64,000 bases of DNA from Octopus bimaculoides (Eukaryota): contig NC_068981.1 of assembly GCF_001194135.2 (NCBI RefSeq), forward strand, positions 98,427,527 to 98,491,526, in the 5' to 3' direction. The notes beneath the pieces are model-generated. The model saw nothing but the letters and a program-made list of their open reading frames with translations, made no database searches and was not told where the DNA came from. Position 1 is the first letter of the stretch, and each line of letters opens with the position of its first letter. Below, piece after piece: positions 54,593 to 61,501 of the stretch. Position numbers and translations under genes: made by a program.

Positions 54593-57165
54593 GGCAGTGG
54601 TAGCAATGATGATGATGAGGAGGAGGAGGTTCAAGCAACTCAACTAATTCTCTGCTTTATGCTTTATTTAATCAAAAATTAACTATTTTGTTTGATTCCA
54701 AATACTTCACTGCAAATAATTTGACCATAAGCCATTCATCCGAAGTAGAATTGCACCAGTTCATTTAAAACAGCAGGAGGTAAACAGACAAGCTGAATAG
54801 GAAGCCTCTACATTATACACTAGACCAGCTAGAAATAACAGCCAAATCTTCCTTAAATCATATCTATTCTCTTGACAGACTTATTGGATAATATAATCTA
54901 ATTACACAGTCTGAAAGTAAAAACAGTATAATCACAGTTGAAATGTCCTTGATCATTTGTCTGTTCAATCAAGGCTTAGCTGTGGGAAAGGTAAAGGTAA
55001 AGTTACCTGCTCGAGTCACACCAACTCATAAAGGCTGGTTTCCCAATTTCCAAGGCATATATATTCCCCACCTGGATAGGACACCAGTCCATTGCAGGAT
55101 TACTTATCTTTGCCAGCTGAGTGGACTGGAGCAACGTGAAATAAAGTGTTTTGCTCAAGAACACAACGTGTCACCCAGTCCAGGAACTGAAACCAAATCT
55201 TACGATCATGACTCCAACACCCTAACCACTAAGCCACACACCTCCTCTAGGCTTACCTGTGGCTAAACAGCAAATGACAAGAAGCAGAAGAAGAACCATT
55301 TCTAGAACAACTTACCCACTTGATTGATTGTTTGTCATAGGATTTACATTCTGAAAAAGCACCTCAGTCCATATCTGTTTGCGTAGGTTTGCAGGGAGAT
55401 GAAAACCTTTCAGTTTATCTGTTACTACAGTAATCTTCTCAGGATATCTTTCAAGTATCAAGCCTACCATCTTACCAATTGTTTCACTGTCTTCAGTGCA
55501 TACTTTAATTTTAGTCACTGATTTTCTTGTGTCTAGGAAATAAAATGTCATTTTATAAATATATATATATAATACAAAGAATATATATGTATGTATACAC
55601 ACATATATGTACATACTTACATCTACATGTGTATATAGATGCATATCAGGGTACAGGACGTTAGAAAAATGAACTGCAGACAACGGAACAAACACATAGG
55701 AAAACAGATAGCCACTTGGAATTATTCCTTCATGAGCTGCCTCTATTCTAACTAGGCGTACATATCAAAACCTATATATATATGATGTATATATATTTCA
55801 ATGAAAGATGTCATTTAATCAACATGTTTATTATATATTCTAGTGATAGATATCATTATTAACATTATTGACAAAGACAAAGGCAACAAGCTGTCAGAAT
55901 TGTTAGCATGCCAGGCAAAATGCTTAGGGACATTTCATTTATTTTTACATTTTGAGTTCAAATTCCACTGTGGTTGAATTTGCCTTTCATCGTTTCAGGG
56001 CTGATAAATTAAGTACCAGTGGAATACTGGGATTGATGTAATCAATTTATCCCCACCCTTGAAATTGCTGGCCTTGTACCAAAATTTGAAACCAAGGTGA
56101 CAAGCTGGCAGAATCATTAGCATGCCAAGCAAAATGCTTTGTGGCATTTCATCTGTCTTAACATTCTGAGTTCAAATTCCACTGGGGTTGACTTTGCCTT
56201 TCATTCTTCCAGGGTCATTAAAATAAATACCAGTTGAGCACTGGAGTCAATGTAATTGACTAGCTCCCTCCTGCAAAATTTCAGGCCTTGTGCCTATAGT
56301 AGAAAAGTTTACTCTGCCAGGGTTGTTAATATATCAGACAAAATGTTTAGTAGCATTTCTTCCAAACCATTACATTCTGAGTTCAAATTCCACTGAGACT
56401 GACTTTGCTTTTCATTCTTTCAGGATTAACAAAATAGTTCCAGTTGAGCAATGGAGTCAATGTAATTGATTTCCCCTCACCTCAAAATTGCTGGTCTTGT
56501 GTTAAAATTAGAAAGAATTATCAACATTGTTGTCTCACTGGGAACTGGGTCTTTTGATTCATTTGTGTCACAGTAATATAATAACATTGGTATGGCAGTG
56601 AGCTGGCAGAGTTGTTAGCATGCTGGGCAAAATGCTTAGTGGCATTTCCTCCATCTCTGTGATCTGGGTTCAAATGTTGCCCAGGTCAAATTTGCTTTTC
56701 ATCCTTTCAAGGTTGATAAAATAAGTACCATTTGAGCACTGTGGTCAATTTAATTGACTTAGCCCTGCTTCCAAAATTATTGCCCTTATGCCAAAATTTG
56801 AAACCAATATAATAATAATGGTTTAACAGTCCTATTAACTCTGTTAGATCATTTTGAGAGAAAGAAAAATGTGGGTTTTTTTTTTTTTGAATAACAGAAT
56901 GTGAAGAAAGCATTGCAAGCAAGATGTATGAAACATCTCAATTAATAGTACTAGTAGCAAAACCAATAACCACAAAATATTGTCTTTCCTGTATGTTTAC
57001 TCCTTTCTTAGAATGTTGGCGGTGGAAATATTTGAAGATTTTGAAAACATCATTCTGCTTACCTGTTTTAGATAATTTTTCTTCAGCCACACTTTTATTG
57101 AAATAATAGTCAACTTTTGGTTCTGGTAAAGCAAGACTAACTTTTGGCTGGTTGTGTTTCGATTG
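12047..57165 (-). CDS. Multi-exon gene (at least 18 exons): uncharacterised divergent TBC (Rab-GAP-like) domain plus tandem C2-like domain protein; 5' and 3' ends not resolved
   Basis: Hand-spliced exons, all GT-AG and phase-compatible, summing to 2812 nt with no stop. TBC-like motifs: [57 protein letters not shown]2-like motifs: [46 protein letters not shown]. Domain naming is from recall, not a database search. Confidence 0.85.
12324..12770 (-). mobile_element. tRNA-derived SINE, family A (internal (CA)n), near full length
   Basis: A/B-box head, ccttgggcaagtgtc CORE-like segment, (TG)n middle and aaacaagtaaaa tail; matches copies at 27228 and 62850. Confidence 0.85.
13005..13212 (+). mobile_element. 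TTAA-type (piggyBac-like) MITE family 1, degraded copy
   Basis: Same internal sequence as 38725-38933 (cattcagattactctgtca...aatgctaaag). Confidence 0.6.
13517..13586 (-). CDS. Tentative exon 17 ([23 protein letters not shown]), phase 0 to 1
   Basis: Acceptor cactcacctaatag|TTG; donor CTTG|gtatat; 70 nt; chosen because it bridges the phases of exons 16 and 18. Confidence 0.4.
13800..16250 (-). mobile_element. Decayed Penelope-like element cluster (two minus-strand RT copies plus one inverted plus-strand RT fragment at 14935-15200)
   Basis: IHKPGDPL (about 16170), LYLNVSVN (about 15950), [12 protein letters not shown] (about 15370), [11 protein letters not shown] (about 14890), [14 protein letters not shown] (about 14700); plus strand [10 protein letters not shown]...YTRYVDD (ORF 14953-15156). 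Confidence 0.75.
16350..16870 (-). mobile_element. 3' end of a second Penelope-like family with tRNA-like insert and (AAT/AAC)n tract
   Basis: KIRVEEHC...[17 protein letters not shown]...DREHHWK GIY-YIG-type C-terminus (about 16760-16870); A/B-box segment 16558-16632; microsatellite 16478-16558. Confidence 0.7.
18093..18236 (-). CDS. Exon 16 ([15 protein letters not shown]...[12 protein letters not shown]), phase 0 to 0
   Basis: Acceptor ttttgtttgtaaacag|GTA; donor CAG|gtaggt; 144 nt. Confidence 0.87.
18424..18510. repeat. (CA)n microsatellite
   Basis: Directly visible. Confidence 0.95.
18739..18996 (-). CDS. Exon 15 (VVSYLVQP...DSKWCCPMF...ILFTVYTID...LCTLGNAL...ND), phase 0 to 0
   Basis: Acceptor tttctactttcag|GTT; donor GAT|gtatgt; 258 nt. 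Confidence 0.87.
19300..19555 (-). mobile_element. tRNA-headed CORE/V-like SINE
   Basis: Reverse head tagtttagtggttagagtgttg...tttcaattcc, then gttcatgagcaaaacacttc core. Confidence 0.6.
19900..20013. repeat. Perfect 114-bp palindrome (57-bp arms, no spacer) abutting a gap
   Basis: caacatactg...ctacaaa|tttgtag...cagtatgttg; arms checked as exact reverse complements. Confidence 0.9.
20074..20482. mobile_element. Foldback element: about 195-bp imperfect inverted arms, about 16-nt loop
   Basis: aatcaaaataagcaacaggatatcaagtagtaatgcag... versus ...ctgcattactacttgatatcctgttgcctattttgatt; scattered mismatches. Confidence 0.85.
21225..21420 (+). mobile_element. Nin/Deu-like SINE
   Basis: gtgagctggcagaatcgttagc head; gactttgcctttcatccttttgaggtcaataaaataagtatcag core. 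Confidence 0.75.
22167..22323 (-). CDS. Exon 14 ([10 protein letters not shown]...[20 protein letters not shown]), phase 2 to 0
   Basis: Acceptor ttctgttctgtttcag|T; donor AAG|gtaagc; 157 nt. Confidence 0.87.
22770..23510 (+). mobile_element. maT (DD37D) Tc1/mariner transposon, internally deleted
   Basis: WQQD-SAP...NSPDCNPL-D with 37 residues between the second and third Asp (ORF 23115-23402); [14 protein letters not shown] (22985-23200). Confidence 0.85.
23700..24960 (-). mobile_element. Gypsy gag-protease remnant, interrupted by a MITE
   Basis: [18 protein letters not shown] (about 24700), INDEPLGDR across the [18 protein letters not shown]...[12 protein letters not shown] (24108-24332), FLVDSGAA protease motif (23731-23952). 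Confidence 0.8.
24379..24606 (+). mobile_element. TTAA-type (piggyBac-like) MITE family 2
   Basis: TTAA|ccctttcattac...gtaatgaaaagg|TTAA; removing it rejoins the gag reading. Confidence 0.8.
25790..26160 (-). mobile_element. SINE family A, inserted into an older dispersed repeat
   Basis: The flanks 25735-25790 and 26165-26270 match the uninterrupted 38975-39150 sequence. Confidence 0.75.
27228..27645 (+). mobile_element. SINE family A, full length
   Basis: ggagtggctgtgtggtaag (A-box), ggttcagtccc (B-box), cttgagcaagtgtc core, (TG)n, gaaacaaataaaagaat tail. Confidence 0.9.
27767..28649 (+). mobile_element. Internally deleted mariner (DD34D type) inserted at a TA inside a SINE A copy
   Basis: TIRs tacaaggtggtatcaaaaagttcc / ggaacccttttataccacctcgta; ORFs 27986-28243 ([13 protein letters not shown]...FK) and 28351-28569 ([15 protein letters not shown]). 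Confidence 0.88.
29625..29870 (+). mobile_element. SINE-like element with RTE-type 3' tail
   Basis: Ends ccatgcaagcacagaaaatggatgttaaaatgatgatg; related copy at 53880-54140. Confidence 0.6.
30224..30284 (-). CDS. Exon 13 ([21 protein letters not shown]), phase 1 to 2
   Basis: Acceptor aaagatattttag|GT; donor CCAG|gtaagt; 61 nt; supplies exactly the phase change needed to reach exon 14. Confidence 0.65.
30555..30855 (+). mobile_element. tRNA-headed CORE/V-like SINE
   Basis: gtgtggcttagagttta head, gtccttgagcaaggcacttta core; related minus-strand copy at 43060-43430. Confidence 0.65.
30981..31046 (-). CDS. Tentative exon 12 ([22 protein letters not shown]), phase 1 to 1
   Basis: Strong donor AAAT|gtgagt; purine-rich weak acceptor gagagaaaatcag|AT; 66 nt, frame-neutral. 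Confidence 0.5.
31699..31842 (-). CDS. Exon 11 ([13 protein letters not shown]...TETSSK), phase 1 to 1
   Basis: Acceptor ctcttctttttacag|CA; donor AAAT|gtaagc; 144 nt; LGWA.IPL strand typical of C2 folds. Confidence 0.87.
33236..33580 (+). mobile_element. hAT-type MITE
   Basis: TIRs caagagttctcaac / gatgagaaccactg (CAGTGGTTCTC type); degenerate 8-bp TSD atttatct / acctatct. Confidence 0.7.
33612..34993 (+). mobile_element. Near-complete decayed mariner (DD34D) carrying an RTE-tail insertion
   Basis: TIRs tcaggttgagtaaaaagtaagcaa / ttgctcactttttactcatcttga with TA; motifs [39 protein letters not shown]. Confidence 0.9.
34771..34927 (+). mobile_element. 5'-truncated RTE LINE 3' end with (GAT)n tail
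   Basis: ...ccaacccatgctagcatggaaagcggacgttaaacgatgatg; near-identical to 40996-41148. Confidence 0.8.
35100..35340. repeat. CT-rich low-complexity tract
   Basis: Directly visible. Confidence 0.9.
35572..35990 (+). mobile_element. SINE family A
   Basis: Same head, core and tail as 27228. Confidence 0.85.
36082..36355 (-). CDS. Exon 10 (LPWRELPE...ILKFGDEC...[15 protein letters not shown]), phase 0 to 1
   Basis: Acceptor ccttattttttttataacag|TTG; donor ATTT|gtgagt; 274 nt; beta-rich C2-like sequence. Confidence 0.85.
37745..38176 (+). mobile_element. Tandem Nin/Deu-like SINEs (2 copies); the tail of the second is split by a MITE
   Basis: Two heads (37748, 37984) and two cores; the tail resumes at 38644. 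Confidence 0.75.
38177..38643. mobile_element. MITE with GG...CC termini, about 130-bp TIRs and perfect 8-bp TSD (Merlin- or MULE-like)
   Basis: aattgtgg|ggtggaattc...gaattccacc|aattgtgg. Confidence 0.85.
38725..38933 (+). mobile_element. TTAA-type (piggyBac-like) MITE family 1
   Basis: TTAA|tcctttagtatt...aatgctaaaggg|TTAA. Confidence 0.75.
39180..39660. repeat. Degenerate (TG/TA)-rich microsatellite
   Basis: Directly visible. Confidence 0.85.
39665..39905 (-). CDS. Exon 9 ([10 protein letters not shown]...[15 protein letters not shown]...KN), phase 2 to 0
   Basis: Acceptor attttcttttcag|A; donor AAT|gtaatt; 241 nt. Confidence 0.82.
40020..40440 (-). mobile_element. Penelope-like (Neptune-type) RT fragment
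   Basis: DVAMG...CDLIGFFIL...FGL*R, then [20 protein letters not shown]...PYRKPN...YI...SSH (ORF 40024-40227). Confidence 0.8.
40996..41148 (+). mobile_element. 5'-truncated RTE 3' end with (GAT)n tail
   Basis: Only about 4 substitutions relative to the 34771 copy. Confidence 0.8.
42347..42465 (-). CDS. Exon 8 ([18 protein letters not shown]...RCSPQ), phase 0 to 2
   Basis: Acceptor ctcttctgttgtag|GTT; donor CA|gtaata; 119 nt; CA+A joins exon 9 as Gln. Confidence 0.8.
43480..43815 (+). mobile_element. tRNA-headed CORE/V-like SINE
   Basis: tggctcagtggttagagtg head; ttgagtaagacactttatttcacattgctccagttcactcagc core. Confidence 0.7.
44166..44327 (-). CDS. Exon 7 ([23 protein letters not shown]...DYLQMKQ), phase 0 to 0
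   Basis: Acceptor cactctatttcag|GCC; donor CAG|gtaaga; 162 nt; WD.LF motif of the TBC C-terminus. Confidence 0.9.
46200..46560. repeat. (GAT)n-rich microsatellite
   Basis: Directly visible; source of the poly-M/H/S/I ORFs. Confidence 0.95.
46680..46838 (-). CDS. Exon 6 ([12 protein letters not shown]...[12 protein letters not shown]), phase 0 to 0
   Basis: Acceptor ctaattcttcag|GAA; donor GAG|gtacag; 159 nt. Confidence 0.87.
46890..47700. repeat. Compound GA-rich, (GAT)n and (GCA/GTG)n low-complexity region
   Basis: Directly visible; fills the intron between exons 5 and 6. Confidence 0.9.
47714..47892 (-). CDS. Exon 5 ([11 protein letters not shown]...[25 protein letters not shown]), phase 1 to 0
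   Basis: Acceptor ttaataattgcag|GA; donor AAG|gtgggt; 179 nt; L..xD.ELY.HL is typical of TBC domains. Confidence 0.88.
48911..49102. mobile_element. TA-flanked MITE, about 190 bp
   Basis: Imperfect 29-bp TIRs agtagaaacaactgatacagaaaatagaa / ttctaccttccatatcaattgtttctact. Confidence 0.6.
50230..50407 (-). CDS. Exon 4 ([11 protein letters not shown]...[13 protein letters not shown]...STE), phase 0 to 1
   Basis: Acceptor ccattcctttacag|ACT; donor GAAG|gtaata; 178 nt. Confidence 0.87.
51364..51487 (-). CDS. Exon 3 ([14 protein letters not shown]...[14 protein letters not shown]), phase 2 to 0
   Basis: Acceptor tttttctcttag|C; donor GAG|gtaagt; 124 nt; not in the ORF track. Confidence 0.85.
52431..53436. 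mobile_element. AT-rich long-TIR element (about 140-bp arms) with an RTE 3' end inserted (52922-53290, minus)
   Basis: 52433-52575 is the reverse complement of 53297-53434 at about 90% identity by eye; TA at both ends. Confidence 0.75.
53613..53834 (-). mobile_element. Mariner-type MITE, second copy
   Basis: Inverted relative to 9149-9369; TIRs gagtgctgaaaagttcctggcttt / aagccagcaacttttcatcacccc. Confidence 0.8.
54985..55250 (-). mobile_element. V-domain-like tRNA SINE
   Basis: cctggataggacaccagtccattgcagg and agctgagtggactggagcaac...gctcaagaacacaac segments; head ends ctaaccactaagccac. Confidence 0.65.
55316..55532 (-). CDS. Exon 2 (DTRKSVTK...[16 protein letters not shown]...SSG), phase 1 to 2
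   Basis: Acceptor ttttatttcctag|AC; donor AGTGG|gtaagt; 217 nt; contains TBC-start-like LRKQIW. Confidence 0.88.
55885..56818 (+). mobile_element. Head-to-tail array of four Nin/Deu-like SINEs
   Basis: Units at about 55885, 56095, 56310 and 56590, each with head, ctttgcctttcatc core and tail. Confidence 0.85.
57063..57165 (-). CDS. Exon 1 of model ([34 protein letters not shown]), phase 0 to 1
   Basis: Acceptor gtgcttctttag|CAA; donor ACAG|gtaagc; 103 nt; G+AC joins exon 2 as Asp. Confidence 0.7.
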
Positions 57166-57353
57166 CTAAAGAAGCACAAAAACAACAAATATTATTTAAC
57201 ATAAATAGCACCATAGTTGTAAGAGAAGAATTACCTAATACACAATACAGCATGCTACACCAATTGATCATAATATAATGACTAGTACCTAACCCAACTA
57301 ATCCTGCAATGACTAAAATCCCAACAAACCCGTACTAATGACAAACTAGCTGT

Positions 57354-57803
57354 TTAACCCATTTAATACCAACCTGCCTGAAATTGCCCCTGATTCTAAG
57401 ATACAAACTTTCTGTTTTAACCCTTTAGCATTTAAACTGGTCATATCCAGCCAAACTATTCTACCTGTTTATTTTCAAACTAACCAAATTCAGTCCCTCA
57501 CACTTACCCGACACTATTATTCAAGAAATAAACAATAACATTATTGAAATCTCAAAGCTACAAGGTAATGCATGATTAAATCAAATCAATGTGAATAAAT
57601 AAGCATTACATTCGACAGAGAAATTTGAATGTTAAAGAATTTAAGTAATCAAGATTAAAACTTCCCATCAATATTTCATTTTAATTTGTTTCAAACACCA
57701 GCCTAGTATTGACAAGTTATTTTACTAAACTCTTCATTTTTTTCAAAATTAATTGAAATAAAGACAATGCATTTCAACAGAAACATAGTAACAAAAGGGT
57801 TAA
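57354..57803. mobile_element. TTAA MITE family 2 with a family 1 copy nested inside (57417-57644)
   Basis: Outer TTAA|ccc...aaaggg|TTAA; inner TTAA|ccctttagcatt...aatgttaaagaat|TTAA. Confidence 0.75.
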
Positions 57804-57829
57804 TCCATATTCAGTTAGATATGCAGATT

Positions 57830-58640
57830 ATATAATCCCTCAACCATGAAATAAAAATAAAAGGTAATAGAATTTATCAAGACTAGACCTAGACATATAC
57901 CAGACAATAGAAAAATCCCTACACAGCTAGGACTATAATTGGAGATAGCATTAAAATGCTGAAGAACATAAAACTATGCAAGAGAACAAATGAAAAATGT
58001 TTTGAAAAAGGTAGGCATACAAGCAACTACATAAACAAAACAAGAAAATTGCAGCAAAGCTGCATGATAGTGTGTCAGATGTGGCATGCAGACCATCATA
58101 TAACTTGTTAAACATATATCCTATGCGATGCCGCAATGTTGCACCTTCCCTGCTCCATTTTTTATTGAAATTTCAATTCAGCTGTTAAATCTGTTAACAT
58201 ATCAGCAGTTGTTGGATTTATCACCATTTCCACTGCAACTTATGTCACATTAATGACACTTTTATCAAATCTGGTGTTCTTAAAACAGCTGAACTTGAAC
58301 TTGAACAACAAAAATTAAACAATTTATTATATAACTTAAATAAAATTATTAGAAATTTAAATTGTACATTACTGGGTTCATGGACACCTTTATCTTTTAA
58401 GGACCATATATGACTGGATAAGAATGGTCCTTAAAAGCTAAAGGTGTCAGTTACAACATCCATTGGAAGATCTTAGCCAAGTGTAAGCCCTACACCAACG
58501 GCAGTGGAAAGTGTGGTCTTTGTGATATGGAAAGATGGCTCATCTGGAAAAGCAGCTTAGACCCCGTTACATGTCTAAATTCAAGAAATGAACTTTTTGG
58601 ATCATGTCCGCACATGGCTAAATAGTTGTTACGTTTTTAG
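57830..58640 (+). mobile_element. Penelope-like (Neptune-type) GIY-YIG C-terminal remnant
   Basis: 58437-58635 reads KAKGVSYNIHWKILAKCKPYTNGSGKCGLCDMERWLIW...CLNSRNELFGSCPHMAK*LL. Confidence 0.8.
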
Positions 58641-58679
58641 TCCCCCCCGAGATTACAGATAGGACTTGCTTTCTATATT

Positions 58680-60704
58680 GTGTCCACATACAAGCTTTTT
58701 ATGTGCACACCACATCTGATGCTTCTTATGTCTAACATTTCTCTCAAGGCACTTACACTCTGTCATGTGTGCACACTGACATTACACATCCAGCGGATCA
58801 TGCTAGCTTCATTTCTTTCGAACTTATGCAAGTTTTCAGCAGTCATGGCCCATGTTTCACTGCCGTGAAGCATGGCAGTTCGCACACATGTGTCGTACAA
58901 TCTACCTTTCACTCTGAGCAAGAGGTCCTTTGTCACCAGTAGGGGTAGAAGCTTTCTGAATTTTGCCCAGCCTATTCTTATTCTAGTGGTAACACTCACA
59001 GAGCATCCACCCCAACTACAGACTTGGTCACCTAGGTAGTGGAAGCTATCAACTACTTCTAGTTTCTCTCCCTGGCATGTGATGGAATCTGTTTTCTGGG
59101 CATCTGCAGTGTTTATTGTCCCTGTACATCTGCCGCACATGAAAGCTATATTCCCGGTTAACCTTCCTTTGATGTTGCTGCACCTCTTATGTGTCCATAG
59201 CTTACACTGGGTACATCTTATGGAGTTTCTACCAACACCTTTTCTACAGATCAAACAGGGCCACCTACCTGAAGGGGTGTGTGATGTGTTCACCCACCTA
59301 ATTACTAGAACTTTATTCTTTTGCAACATTGACTCTAAGACCCTTCGATTCTAAACCTGAAATTTCTTCTCTAGTTCTGGTAGTGATTCTGCTATGAGGG
59401 CCAGGTCATCAGCATAGAGGAGCTACCAGGGGTAACCTGTCTTGAATTCCTCTGTTATTGCCTGGAGGACTATGATGAATAAGAGGGGCCTGAGGGCTGA
59501 TCCTTGGTGGACCCCTACTTCTACCCAGAATTCTTCACTATACTCATTGCCAACTTTAACCTTACTAACAACATCTCTGTATAGAGCCTGTACAACCCTT
59601 ATTAACCTTTCATCAATCCCCAGTTTTCACATCGCCCACCAGATAAGGGATCAGGGGACCCTGTCAAAGACTTTCTCCATGTCCACAAAAGCCAAGTATA
59701 AGGGTTTATCTTTGGCTAGGTATTTCTCCTGCAGTTGCCATAGCAGGAATATAGCATCCGTGGTGCTTATACCTGGCACAAAACCAAACTGCATCTCATC
59801 TAAACAGACTCTCTCCCTAATTAGTTGGGCTATGACCCTTTCCGTGACCTTCATCACCTGATCCAGCAGTTTGATACCACTGTAGTTATTTCTATCTAAA
59901 GCATCATCTTTACCCTTGTAGCAGTTGACTATGGTGCTGCTACACCAGTCATTGGGTATGACTCCCTCATGAACAACCTGGTTTACAATACGGGTGACTA
60001 GGCCATAGCCCACACTATCAGATATTTTAAGCATCTCGGCAGTGATTCCTGATGGGCTGGGGGCTTTTCTTAGCTTCATATCCTTAATTGTTTTATCTAC
60101 CAGGGTGCTATCTATTCAGCTAGCTGGTCCCTCTACTGGGTCAACATTTGGCAGGCTCTTCTCCTCCCATTCATTCTCCACATTCAGCAGCCTTTCATAA
60201 TGGCTTCTCCAAGCCTCTTTCTTTTCAGAATCATTAAAAGCAAGTGCACCATCTTCCATGCGGACACATTTCTCTCCTGTGACATCACAATTTTCTCTCA
60301 CACACTGTCTTGCAATCCAAAATACTTCAGTTCTTTGGTCCTCACGTTGCTGGACATTAGCAAACTTCTTTTCTGTTTCACCCTTGACTATGTATACCTG
60401 TCGCCCAGCCTCCCTTCTGGCTATCTGGCACAGTTCCCTGCAACCTCCACTCTTCCAGGCTTTCCAGGCCTGTTTCTTTGCTCTAATGGCTTTGTCTACC
60501 ATATCATTCCACCACCATGTTACTCTGTGTCTGGAAGGGACTTTGCACCATCTGCAGACTTGGTCTTTGGCACTCAGTAAGCTGTCCCATAGGAATTTCC
60601 AGTTACCCTCTATGTCCGAAGTCTGTAGCTCCTTCTCCCTCTCATCAAATTTCTTGATGAGGATGTCCCTAAATCTCTGACCATGTGAAGGGTTCTTTAG
60701 CTTC
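58680..60704 (-). mobile_element. RTE-clade LINE, relatively young, RT with embedded PHD finger; 5' part runs into a gap, 3' end truncated
   Basis: ORFs 60116-60502, 59651-60079 (APSPSGITAEMLK, NYSGIKLL, QFGFVPG, FVDMEKVFDRVP), HQGSALSPLLF, LLYADDL (about 59410), 58763-59329 (MLHGSETW). Confidence 0.93.
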
Positions 60705-61461
60705 NNNNNNNNNNNNNNNNNNNNNNNNNNNNNNNNNNNNNNNNNNNNNNNNNNNNNNNNNNNNNNNNNNNNNNNNNNNNNNNNNNNNNNNNNNNNNNNN
60801 NNNNNNNNNNNNNNNNNNNNNNNNNNNNNNNNNNNNNNNNNNNNNNNNNNNNNNNNNNNNNNNNNNNNNNNNNNNNNNNNNNNNNNNNNNNNNNNNNNNN
60901 NNNNNNNNNNNNNNNNNNNNNNNNNNNNNNNNNNNNNNNNNNNNNNNNNNNNNNNNNNNNNNNNNNNNNNNNNNNNNNNNNNNNNNNNNNNNNNNNNNNN
61001 NNNNNNNNNNNNNNNNNNNNNNNNNNNNNNNNNNNNNNNNNNNNNNNNNNNNNNNNNNNNNNNNNNNNNNNNNNNNNNNNNNNNNNNNNNNNNNNNNNNN
61101 NNNNNNNNNNNNNNNNNNNNNNNNNNNNNNNNNNNNNNNNNNNNNNNNNNNNNNNNNNNNNNNNNNNNNNNNNNNNNNNNNNNNNNNNNNNNNNNNNNNN
61201 NNNNNNNNNNNNNNNNNNNNNNNNNNNNNNNNNNNNNNNNNNNNNNNNNNNNNNNNNNNNNNNNNNNNNNNNNNNNNNNNNNNNNNNNNNNNNNNNNNNN
61301 NNNNNNNNNNNNNNNNNNNNNNNNNNNNNNNNNNNNNNNNNNNNNNNNNNNNNNNNNNNNNNNNNNNNNNNNNNNNNNNNNNNNNNNNNNNNNNNNNNNN
61401 NNNNNNNNNNNNNNNNNNNNNNNNNNNNNNNNNNNNNNNNNNNNNNNNNNNNNNNNNNNNN

Positions 61462-61501
<40 letters not shown>

